Below, piece after piece: positions 1 through 11,365 of a stretch of 64,000 nt of DNA. Numbering within the stretch: the stretch's first letter is position 1; every line of letters begins with the position of its first letter. The notes below the pieces were generated by a model. The model searched no databases. It was given only the letters and a program-made list of their open reading frames with translations, and had not been told where the DNA came from. Made by a program: the position numbers and the translations under genes. The stretch comes from the human T2T-CHM13v2.0 reference genome, Homo sapiens, in NCBI RefSeq assembly GCF_009914755.1, contig NC_060927.1; one strand, given 5' to 3'.

Positions 1-1893
1 TAATTTTGGTTGTTATCTTAATGCCATGTTTAATAGAGATAACTAAATTTTGTTGTCAGTTGCAAACTTTCACCAGCTTTTTAAACTATGGCTAGTCTAA
101 GTTTTTGTCATCCGGTTAGGGTTTTGAATTCTTCCCTAAAAACATAATCATGAAAATGATTCTATCCAACAAGTGCCCTAAAGTCAAGTTTCTGATAACT
201 TTAAGATCAATGGAATTGATAAAAATTTCCAAAACTCTAATTTAAAAAACTGTTGGATTCACGAAACTACTAATCGAGATCAAGCAGAATAAAAATGAAT
301 TATACAAGATTGAATAACTGATGAAGATAATGTTTTAATGACTTTTATTTAAAATATTGTTGGTTCTTTATGCAAATGTTTTGTTTTCCAGACTTAAGAA
401 AATCTCTCTCAAGCTATCTATAATTTACAACAGTTTGATATAGTATGCTTTTGTAAATATAGATAGAACATTTATTTTTTCTATTTGATTCCTCCACAAT
501 TTGAAAACTTTTTGAGCATTCTTTTAGCAATATAGTTATTTACATAAGTCTAATAGAAATCTGCTCTCTCTTTATAGCAGAATACAATTGAAAACATTGG
601 TTATATTACCAAGGCTTTGACTGAAATGTCATATTTGACAATATGCATAAAATGCCTGACTTCAAAGGTTCCTAGCCTTACAGTGAGTAAATTAAAAACT
701 GCCACTTCTTGGCAGACCCAGGAACCTTAAGACTGTAAGTAAAATATAAAGTCTGCCTTGGTTTGGTTTCCTAGCCTCAAGAGGTTTTAAAATCTGAAAT
801 TTTTATGTGATCAGTGTAGAAAAAAAGTTATATTTCTAATAAAAAGCTGTAATACACCTGTTGTTAGATTGTAGCTCTGTTGGTTGTTTTTGAGTTCTTG
901 TTATCTACCTATAGTCTAGATCCTAAATTCTTCCAGATTTCTCCAATCCAGCTGTCTTCCATAAAATTGCTAAAAATGGGAACTGTACTGTTTCTAAAGC
1001 CCTATCAACGGAAACTAGATAAATTTTAAGAAACAAGTCTTGTGCCTGATGCATGGGCCACATAAAAAGTTCACCAAAATATCTTATGCTTTAATCAGAG
1101 ACATTCAAACTGCAAACCAGGGCAAGAAGTGACATTTTTTTAATGCTGTAGACAGCCTTTCCCAAGACAATGAGGCAAGACTCCATATGATGACACTCCT
1201 ACCCCTCTTGATGCCTATCTTTTTGGCTTGACAAAATAATGCTGTAATTAAATTTCACAATCAGTAACTGCTATAAGTAACTTGACAAAACCTGACCTAA
1301 GAAATCCTTTTATTCCACTAGTAACTTTAGCAATATCTGTAACACAACTTTTTGTTCAAAATGTACTGGTGGTCCTTTCTGTAGAGTTGGCATTCTTTGC
1401 TTTAATTCAACCCAGTTCTAAAATACTACTCAATGGCTACAATTAGTCTCATCCAGTACCCACAATGGTCTTTTGATTTGTTTAGTTGCCATCAGGCTTG
1501 TGTTCTGTTTCAAAACGATTGTACACACTAAATTTATTATATTAATTATTTTTTGTGTTATGATTTTTAAGCCTTGTTTTTATTGCTTGTCTAATCTTTG
1601 TAAAGCCAACTCTCTTAACACTTTGACATGGCTGCTAATACCTATGGAATTAACAAGATGGAACTCAGTGCTGGACTTCAGGCAAACCTGCCCTGAGAAA
1701 ATTTTCCTTTCTGTCCTCTTTGTTACTCAAATGTGGCCCAGCTCCCTGACATAGACCCTCTATATCTTCCCCACAATGTGGGATAGAGACAACCAGGACA
1801 GGTTTGTCCAGGCCTTGAGGGACAATTAAGCCTACCTTCAAGATGATTGATTAGCTTTGCTGTCAGAGAAAGATCTTGATCAAAGGGGGGAAA
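1..1893 (+). mobile_element. ERV1 (MER4-group, MER65-int-like) internal region, truncated by window start
   Basis: Ends in polypurine tract AAAGGGGGGAAA (1882-1893) directly before a TG-initiated LTR; degenerate env-TM-like hydrophobic remnant near 1473-1620 (FIILIIFCVMIFKPCFYCL). Confidence 0.7.
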
Positions 1894-2360
1894 TGTGAGC
1901 ATTGATTATACAAAATTGGATCATTCTTGTTATACCCAATTAAATCAGAGTTGAGGGACAGAGGGGAAAAACACTTGGGGCGCGTGGTAGCTGTTCTAAT
2001 AATTAAATTTTCCATAAGCCCAGCTGCTTAAAATGGCCTAGTGTAATCCTAAGACTGGTTTTACTTAATAGTTGCTAAAGCAACCTGCTATGACTCTGAC
2101 TAGTTTTACTCACCACTATCACTCACCACTCAGCTTGCCAGTTCCCCAAAACTTTACTAGTGTCAATGAGCTTTCTTTAAAAACAATACATAATAACATT
2201 TTTTTCTAATAAAACTCCCAACCTTCTCTTTATTATTAGAACAGACTTTATTATTTGAAGACCACTTGGTCAGTATGTATGCCCTGAATTATAATTCTTT
2301 CTTCCCCAATAAAAAGTAAAATGAGAAATTTATCGTTATATTTTATTTTTGACTTTGACA
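1894..2360 (+). mobile_element. 3' LTR, MER65-like (ERV1)
   Basis: TG...CA termini (TGTGAGCATTGATTATACAAAATTGG...GACTTTGACA), follows PPT, AATAAA at 2208 and 2308; resembles recalled MER65 consensus start. Confidence 0.75.
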
Positions 2361-3650
2361 TTATTGCTATCTTCAATTTTACTAAGCTTTTCTTTTGTAG
2401 TGTTTACTCTGATGTTATTCTCATCCAGTGTATTTTTCATATAAAACATTGTAGCTTCCATCTCTGTATGACTGATTTGGGTCATCAGAAATGATGACCA
2501 CTGCTTCCTTTTTCTTTAAAGTCTTATATGCTTTCCTTTTGTACTTTCCTACTTCTGCCAAAGTGTTGCCGCCTTATATATCACATACATTATTATTTAT
2601 GGTATGATTACAAGAAAATCTTGAAGAACAGTTCATGTGCAGAACAGTTACAGATACAATCAAATCTCACCAAAAATTCACTTGTGTTAAATGCAGAATT
2701 TTGTTGTTATGAGGCTAACAAAAAATGATAACTTTTATTTGGTCAGTAAATAAGATCTTTCAAAAATATCTTTCATGTTTTTGCTTAAAATGTTCAATCT
2801 TTCTTGCAGTTTTTAGAATTTATGACGTGAATATAATAACTTTAAATTGTTTACTAATTCACTTATCTCTGTTTCAATTTTTTTTTTCTCATTAGTCTTA
2901 TTTTCCTGTCATTGCATGCCTGGTATTATTTTATTGAATTCTAGACATTGTCAGTTTTACTTTTTTGAGAGCTAGATATTTTTGTATTCTTAAAAATGTT
3001 TTTGAGTTTTTCCTGGCATGCAGTTAAGTAGCTTGCAAACAGTTTGATATTTTCATGTCTTACTCTTAAACTTTGTTAGGCAGAATCAGAACAGTATTTA
3101 GTCTAAGGTTAATTTTCCCCACTGTTGAGGAAAGATCTTAGTACTCTACCCTGATGTCACATTAATCTTGAAGTTTTCCACTCTGATTGATATCACTGTT
3201 CCATGCCATATGAGCACTGAGCACTGTTAACTCTGATTTTTTAACGTGTCTTCCCTAACCTCGGATAGTTTTCTTACACGCATACAGTGATCAGGTTGAG
3301 AACTGTGTACATAAGGAAGCCTTCTGAAAACAGGAGTTCTCTCTGTACAGCTGTTTTCCAGTAATTTGCCCTGCGGACTAGGCATCTGATCACACTGGAC
3401 TCCCACATTTGCTTCTTCTCTTAGGGATATAGCTAGGCACTATCTGTGCTTTCTTTGCAGGGAAGAAACTTTCTTTAGGCTATAAGCCAGGACAGTTGTA
3501 GGGCTTAGCTTGTTTCTGTTTCACAGAAATGGATGTTAAGTGTCTTGAGAACCCTTGTTTCTTTGTATTTTGACCAATTTTTTTAGTTGTTTCAGTCAGA
3601 AAAGTAAATTCATTCCCTGTTATTCAGTCTTGTCTGAAGCAGTAGCCTTA
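2361..3650 (-). mobile_element. Old L1M fragment, interrupted at ~2482-2750 by a duplicated segment
   Basis: T-rich antisense L1-like sequence on both sides of the insert; boundaries approximate. Confidence 0.5.
2482..2745 (+). repeat. Copy 1 of a dispersed direct duplication (partner at 5869-6106)
   Basis: Colinear match to 5869-6106, e.g. TCCTTTTTCTTTAAAGTCTTATATGCTTTCCTTTTGT and GTTCATGTGCAGAACAGTTACAG...TTCACTTGTGTTAAATGCAGA. Confidence 0.9.
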
Positions 3651-3853
3651 GTTTTTGTTTCAGTGAAATGATTAGCCTATGACTTGGTAAGACTTACATA
3701 AAACCTTATTTGAACTTATATTGAGAACTTCAAAATTTTATTAGTCTTAATTTTGTACAGGTTTAGTGTATTTTAGAAAGTGCATAGGGAGTATAGTAAA
3801 GAATATAGAAAGGAATAATAGTAAAACATACTTTTCTGAAGGAGTCTATGGAT

Positions 3854-4172
<319 letters not shown>

Positions 4173-4375
4173 GGAAGTTGCTTGTTTGTTTTCCTCATCC
4201 TGGGCTCCATAGGCATGGAAACCTTTTTAATGTAATGGGATACTTTTAAGGAATATTTTAACTGATTCACTTATCAAAATAAGACATTCACATCAAACAC
4301 AACTTGTGACATGAGTTGTGTTTGTTGTAGTTTTCATGTTCTATTTTAAAAGTTTTAAAAATAACTATTTTTCAG

Positions 4376-4454
4376 GCATATTAATGAGGATAAGAGAAAA
4401 ACAGAAGCTCAAAAGCAAATTTTTGATGTTGTTTATGAAGTAGATGGATGCCCA
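4376..4454 (+). CDS. ECT2: ECT2 coding exon (end of DH domain): (T)HINEDKRKTEAQKQIFDVVYEVDGCP
   Basis: tttttcag acceptor, gtaagt donor; 79 nt; peptide recognised as ECT2, in frame with next exon. Confidence 0.97.
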
Positions 4455-4620
4455 GTAAGTATTCTTCTTTAACAATTATTAATTTATTTTCTTCTTGTTA
4501 ATGAGGTTTCTGTGGTTTTAATATAAATAATATCTTGGCACTACTTTCTTTTAAATTACAACTTCTTAAAAATTACTTGATACCAAGTGATCTCTTTTGT
4601 TATATTTTCAACCTATACAG

Positions 4621-4740
4621 GCTAATCTTTTATCTTCTCACCGAAGCTTAGTACAGCGGGTTGAAACAATTTCTCTAGGTGAGCACCCCTGTGACAGAGG
4701 AGAACAAGTAACTCTCTTCCTCTTCAATGATTGCCTAGAG
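4621..4740 (+). CDS. ECT2: ECT2 coding exon (PH domain start): ANLLSSHRSLVQRVETISLGEHPCDRGEQVTLFLFNDCLE
   Basis: tatacag acceptor, gtaaag donor; 120 nt phase 0-0; LFLFND PH motif of Dbl-family GEFs. Confidence 0.97.
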
Positions 4741-5509
4741 GTAAAGATGTACTTCACATAGTATAATAACACTACTGATTTTTGTAACTTCCCTGAATAT
4801 TTAAAACCAAGCTTTAATTGAAGAGTAATGTAGAATTTTAAATAAACTCAAGTAATCTTTTTTTAAAAAAATCGAGGACAATTTATGATTTAATACTGTT
4901 AATAGAATGCTTTTAGAGGAAGGTCTAATAAGAAGTGTAAGTTTTCATGACTTCAAATCTAAGTTAAAATGAAAATTTATTTCCATGCAAATAAATGCTT
5001 AGGTCAAGAAATCTGATAACTTCTTGTTTCTATGTATATTTATTCAAGATTTGTAAAATAATTCTGAGTTTTTTGAAATTTCAGTAGATTTTTTCCAATA
5101 ATGATGTGGTTGTATTTTGTTGAAGAGGGAGATAACTTGATAATTTACTATTATAAATTCTTTATGATTCCTTGATTCTTCTTAAATCAGCAGGTTTTAG
5201 AGTGAATGAGGGGTCAGGTGGGGTATAATGAATCTAATTCTAAAATTCTTATTCAAGTTAGATTTTCTTTTTGTATTACCCCTGCAAGCAAATTGAATTA
5301 CATGTGTGTGTTTTAACTTGTTCATCCCTCTAATATGTATTTTTAAACAACAGTAGTGAGGGATAAAAAGAAGTGCGGTTTTCCTTCATCTCAGAAGAGA
5401 AAAATGTTCATTTTGATAAAACAGACCTTAATAAGATGACTCATTTGACTTTTCTGTCACTGGAAACTTTCTGTTACCTTCATCAAAATGATTAAGGAGT
5501 TTCCTTTTC

Positions 5510-5868
5510 TTTTCTTTTCTTTTTCTTTTCTTTCTCTTTCTCTGTTTCTGTTTCTGTTTCTTTTCGTTTTTCTTTTTTTTTTCGACAGGGTCTTACTCTC
5601 ATTGCCCAGCTTGGAGTGCAGTGGCAAGATCACAGCTCACTGCAGCCTTGACTTCCTGGGCTCTGGTGATTTTCTTATCCCAACATCGCAAGTAGCTGAG
5701 ACTATAGACACTCGCCACCACACCAGTCTAATTATTTTTAGTAGAGACTGGTTTTGCATGTTGCGCAGGCTGGTCTCAAACTCCTGGACTCAAACAATTT
5801 ACCCACCTCAGCCTCCCAAAGTGTTGAGATTACCATTGGGATTACAGGCGTGAGCCACTGCACCTGCC
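5510..5868 (-). mobile_element. AluJ-type, antisense, with (TTTC)n tail
   Basis: Diverged dimeric Alu; TCCTTTT(T)C-like flank on both sides. Confidence 0.9.
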
Positions 5869-6106
5869 TCCTTTTTCTTTAAAGTCTTATATGCTTTCCT
5901 TTTGTCCTTTCCTACTTCTATCAAAGTATTGCCTTCTTATATATCATATACATTATTATTTATAGTATAGAATACAAGGGAATCTTAAAGAGCGGTTCAT
6001 GTGCAGAACAGTTACAGGTATAATAAAATCTCACCAGAAATTCACTTGTGTTAAATGCAGAGTTTTGTTGTTATGAGGCTAAATGAAAAATACTTTTTTT
6101 TGGTCA
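5869..6106 (+). repeat. Copy 2 of the dispersed direct duplication (partner at 2482-2745)
   Basis: Direct alignment by eye to 2506-2745 with scattered substitutions. Confidence 0.9.
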
Positions 6107-7490
6107 ATCATGTTGCAAAAAGCACAAAAGTAAAGACAGTCAAACTACTGTACACAATTGACTGTCTCCTGAAGTGAGAAAGTCAAAAAATCATGAGACA
6201 GATAATTCTCAACTACCTGTTTCCCTCATAAAAAGGACTTTAGCCTGCCCTGATTGAGAACAGATGCTAGGCAGAGTCAATTTTCAATTATATTTTATCT
6301 GGATTCGCATCATCATGGGGTTTTACTGTATATAGTTTCTCTGTACTTTATTTGTTTGTTTCCATTAAAGCTTTTATAGGTTTTTCCTGTTGGAGTCCCT
6401 AGGTCAGCTTGCTCCATTCATCTAATAGGTTAGATTATCTTTATTTCTTTGCTAATCCATTCTGGTTTTTATCCCTTATTCCTGAGAGCTATGGCTTACT
6501 TTAAATTTTTGATCTTATATCCCCTCCAGATTCCTCGCAGTCTTCTGTAATTGGTTCATTGACTTGCCATTCACTTTAATTTCTGGTATTGGTCTCCTGT
6601 AGCTCCCAAGTCCCTGGCTTCTCATTTTCCCTACCTTCTTGAATCTATTGATTTTTTTTTTGTTCTATCCCTTTTAGCCTCCCTGTCTTAGAATCACTTC
6701 AACAAAAACTGCTTTATTTATAACATTAAATTTGGACTTCAGAATTCATAATAAATATAAAATAAAAACTTATAATCTTAAATAAACTTATTCTTTAGCT
6801 TGTTTGTTTAGGAAAAATAAACAAAACTCTTAGTAAATTGGCAATGGAAATTATGGTACATTCTTAACCTGATAAAAACCTATAGCCATCATCCTATTTA
6901 ATAATAAATGGTAGAAACATTCAAAATGGGTAAAATCTATGTTTTCTTAATGACAGATTATGTTATACTGAAACTAATTTGGGATTTAAGGATATATTTA
7001 ACTTTTAAATGTTTTATCTGTATTTTAAGGGTTTTTTTTAAACTCTGTACTAGCATTTGTCATCAAATTAACACTTGTTATTGTTTTTCCTTTCTAAAAA
7101 TTAAGCTTAAAATCATTTAATTGTTTTGCTTAGCCAACTGTTCCTCTTCTCCTGAATTCTAGGAGTTTCATTTAAGATTCTGTCATTCCTTGATCCTGTC
7201 GCTTCTCATCATGCTTCTAGTTCTTTCATACCTCTGGGACCTTTTGCAAAATATCCCTTGGCCTTTTTTCCTGACTTTTGAACTCTTCTTATATAAACAT
7301 GAACATTTCTGCTATACAATTACATGTTTGACTTTTGTTACATAGTAACTCTGCTTATAACAACTTTGTAACGAATAATAACTAAATAAGTTATATATAG
7401 ATTTATGTGATTAGTGCTATTTTATTTTTTAAGTATTTGGTCCTTTTTCTTCATTTTATTGACTGATACTTTTTTATTTTCTATAATCAG

Positions 7491-7629
7491 ATAGCAAGAA
7501 AACGGCACAAGGTTATTGGCACTTTTAGGAGTCCTCATGGCCAAACCCGACCCCCAGCTTCTCTTAAGCATATTCACCTAATGCCTCTTTCTCAGATTAA
7601 GAAGGTATTGGACATAAGAGAGACAGAAG
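7491..7629 (+). CDS. ECT2: ECT2 coding exon (PH): IARKRHKVIGTFRSPHGQTRPPASLKHIHLMPLSQIKKVLDIRETE(D)
   Basis: Long polypyrimidine tract + cag, gtatgc donor; 139 nt phase 0-1. Confidence 0.97.
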
Positions 7630-8394
7630 GTATGCCGGTCGGATACATTCTTGGTTATATAAAAATAGTTTATATTCATTGTAGGTTTAATTTACTCCAT
7701 TTTGGCTTTTTTAAATTGGTAAATTATCTTTAAATATAGTTGGTCAGACTGCTAAAGTAATTGTTCTTGCACCTCTATCCCATCTCCATCTCTAGGAACA
7801 GAACTGACTTTTTGTTTTCTCAAATGAAAGTACTATCTCAACCTATAGGATACCCTCATCTGTTAAAGGTCAAAGAGCTTTTAAATGGCTATGTATTAAA
7901 ATAGCACCCTAGCCTAGCCTATTGCCACACCAAAATTTATTTTTTTGGTTCCTTCAGAATACAAAATAACCAGTCTGTTACCTGCACCCCTCATCTTAAC
8001 ACTTTCACTGTTGGCCAACAGTTGCATTTTTAGGGCTATGTTTAAGGTACGGGTCAGGAATAGATGTGGGTGCAATAAATAAACTCAGAGTAACTGGTAG
8101 ACTTGATATGGAGTCATATGTGTATTAAGGAATGTTTTACTCTAAACTTTGGTAGTGTTACAGAGCAGGTTCTCTGAAGGCCTGAAATTGCTGAAAATTT
8201 ATACCTACCTACAACAGTGTCATCTGTTTAATTGACACCCAGTGGTGTATGTGCATGGCCATATTTTGGATGTTAGGCATATGTTTTTACAATATTTAGC
8301 TCTTTCCATTACTGATTCCTCTAATAATGAAAGGTTTCAGTTTGTGAGAAATTATTCTTTTTTTTTTTTTTTTCCTTTATAAGAAATGATTCTT

Positions 8395-8713
<319 letters not shown>

Positions 8714-8791
8714 TAAAGAAAACTTGAACAGCAACTTCCTGCTCTTTTCACTTAGTTGACAAATTCTGGATTTATTAAAGGTTACATAGTA

Positions 8792-9137
8792 TAGTTGTCC
8801 CTTGGTATCCACGGGGGACGGTTCCTGGACCTCCCTTGGTTACCAAAATCTGGGATGCTCAAGTCCTGGATGTAAAATTGCATAGTGTTTGCATGTAACC
8901 TATACACATCTTCCTATGTACTGTAAGTCATTTCTAGGTTACTTATAGTACCTACACAGTGTAAATGCTGTGTAAACAGTTGTTATACTATATTGTTTAG
9001 GGAATGATGACAAGAATAAAAAGTCTGTACATTTTCAATACAGATACAATCTGTTTTCTACTGTTTTTTTCTACTATTTTCGGTCAGCAGTTGATTGAAT
9101 CCACAGATGCAGACCCACAGATACGGAAGGCTGACTA
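8792..9137. mobile_element. MER2-like non-autonomous Tigger DNA transposon
   Basis: Imperfect TIRs (TAGTTGTCCCTTGGTATCC ... GATACGGAAGGCTGACTA), TA flanks, ~345 bp. Confidence 0.8.
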
Positions 9138-9527
9138 TATATTTGTTTTAAAAATCTTCATTTTTGGATTTTAATTATGGCAGACTTTGTTTAAAATAGG
9201 TTGTATTTTAGCATCTTGATCGTGCAACTTTTGTAACACTTAATATTTTTATCATAGAAAATATTAAATGACATGGATAATACTGTTTACTTAATGTCAT
9301 TAACTTATCATCATCATTAGTTCCTTACGTGGTATACTATATTGTGTTTTCAGTACTTCAACTTAATATGGTGATGTTCTTTGTCTTATTAAAAATAGGA
9401 CAAGGAAAGTGGAGAAGTGATAGTTCATTTCATTGGAATTTCATTGCTCTGAGGGAACTAAACTTGCATACATCTGTCATTTTCCAAGGAGTGACACTTA
9501 ATGTTTATGGTTATTCTGGAACCCTAG

Positions 9528-9682
9528 ATTGCCATAATGCTTTTGCCTTGCTTGTGAGGCCACCAACAGAGCAGGCAAATGTGCTACTCAGTTTCCAGAT
9601 GACATCAGATGAACTTCCAAAAGAAAACTGGCTAAAGATGCTGTGTCGACATGTAGCTAACACCATTTGTAAAGCAGATGCT
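9528..9682 (+). CDS. ECT2: ECT2 coding exon (PH C-terminal helix): (D)CHNAFALLVRPPTEQANVLLSFQMTSDELPKENWLKMLCRHVANTICKADA
   Basis: ccctag acceptor, gtaagt donor; 155 nt phase 1-0; conserved PH Trp; lies within ORF 9329..9694. Confidence 0.97.
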
Positions 9683-10010
9683 GTAAGTTCTTAAAACAGT
9701 ATTATAATGAAAGTTTAAATTTCATGACAGTGCATTCAGACTAAACCTGTACATTTTTAATGACTTGTTTATTATGAATGGAGAGTTTTAGTTTTGTGTA
9801 TATTAAAAAAACTGATGTAATAAGTTGTTTTAGAAAATATTTTATATAGTGTAGGTACACAAAATATTATTTGAGTTCTTGGCTTACATAAGGTAGGCCC
9901 TCATAGTCTTATAGCCCCTGTGGCTCTGATTCAGTGAAGATTTTGGGACTTCTTGTAATGTACCCTGTGATTTTTCATTGATACTCTTAGACATGGCTAA
10001 AAATTAGAGA

Positions 10011-10133
10011 GTATTTAGAGATGGGGTTTCACTGTGTTGCCCAGGCTGGTCTTGAACTCTTGAGCTCAGGCAGTCTGCCCACCTTGGCCTCCCAAAATGC
10101 TAGGATTACAGGCGTGAGCCACCGTGCCTGGCC
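10011..10133 (-). mobile_element. Alu monomer (FLAM-like), antisense
   Basis: Single left-arm reverse-complement Alu sequence. Confidence 0.85.
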
Positions 10134-11105
10134 AAAAAAAAAAAAAAAATCTTATTGAAAGCAAGTTGAAAATGAAAGTTGCCAATCTATTTTTCTCATG
10201 TGAACCTCTTAAAAATGAAATGCTATCATAAATATATAATTATCATTATACTATACAGATTAAAGTGAAAATAGATGAGAGAATCAAAATAGGGAAGTTA
10301 AATGACTTGCCTGAAATCAGGTATCCCTGGATGAAATCCAGGTCCCTAAAAGATAATTTGATTTCTTCCTCTCTATATATGAGAGAGACACATGTGATAG
10401 ACAGATATAGACCTCTTACTCTTTGCACAAATGACATAGATTGAAGAGAATATATGGATATAATAGATGACCCTTTTCGGTACAATGGTACTGTAACTGA
10501 GATTGCATTGGGTGTTTCTGTGGGAATGAAACATGTAATTACAGTTAAGTGTGAAACCTTGGAAGACATTTAGGTTTAATGTGGTTTATAAAGTAAGTAT
10601 TCATTGATGAAAACCTCCTTCCAAAGTATTTAGAACAATAATCAGACTTTTTGTTTGTGTGTGTGTGTGTTTAGATTTCTATGGACCAATAATATGTTCT
10701 TATAAATAAAAAATTGTTGCACAAAAGATTCAGAGAGGGAAATACAATGCTAACAAATACAATAGAATGCTAGCTAGAAAAATGATGGAGACCACTTTTG
10801 TTATAAATCTTTCAAAACTGCTCATTGTAAGGTTTTTTTTTGTAGGTATCCATCCACTTTTTCTAGGTATCCATATATAAAATGGTTTTATCTGTAGAAG
10901 TTCCTTAATGCAGAAATTACTCCTGCTCTTATCAGAATGTCAGACTAGATAGTTTATAGAGTCCTTTCCAAACTTATAACCCTAATACTGAAATGAAACA
11001 TTAACAGAAAATTTTTCTTATAATCTATTGAATTACTAGCCACATGATGGCTAATAGTACTAGAACTGAAATATAATAACATATGGAAGAAATTCATAAG
11101 TAAAA

Positions 11106-11125
11106 TTAGCCACAAGATGGCAGCA
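11106..11125 (+). promoter_or_regulatory. Candidate CTCF site (contains YY1-like AAGATGGC)
   Basis: TTAGCCACAAGATGGCAGCA closely matches CTCF core CCASYAGRKGGCAG. Confidence 0.5.
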
Positions 11126-11312
11126 AACGTTTAACTATGTTCTGACTTATCCTTACACTACAAAATTCTTTCAATCTATTGAAATTTTGTTCTTAAGAAA
11201 TACGTTTGTAAATTCAGGTACTCGGTGACTTTGGTTGAGCCCTTTCCTGCGTTTAAAGTTCTACATATAGTAAATGTTTATAAAGCCCTGAGAATTTTTC
11301 CTGTGAAGATAA

Positions 11313-11320
11313 TGTGTGTG

Positions 11321-11360
<40 letters not shown>

Positions 11361-11365
11361 CACAC
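11313..11365. repeat. (TG)4 followed by (CA)n microsatellite
   Basis: Direct read. Confidence 0.95.

Noticed and set aside
1473-1754. 93-aa hydrophobic ORF as a functional env or micropeptide
   Set aside because: TTG start, short, inside a decayed ERV internal region; at most a TM remnant
9329-9527. N-terminal part of 121-aa ORF 9329..9694
   Set aside because: Intronic open frame upstream of the true acceptor; only 9528-9682 matches ECT2
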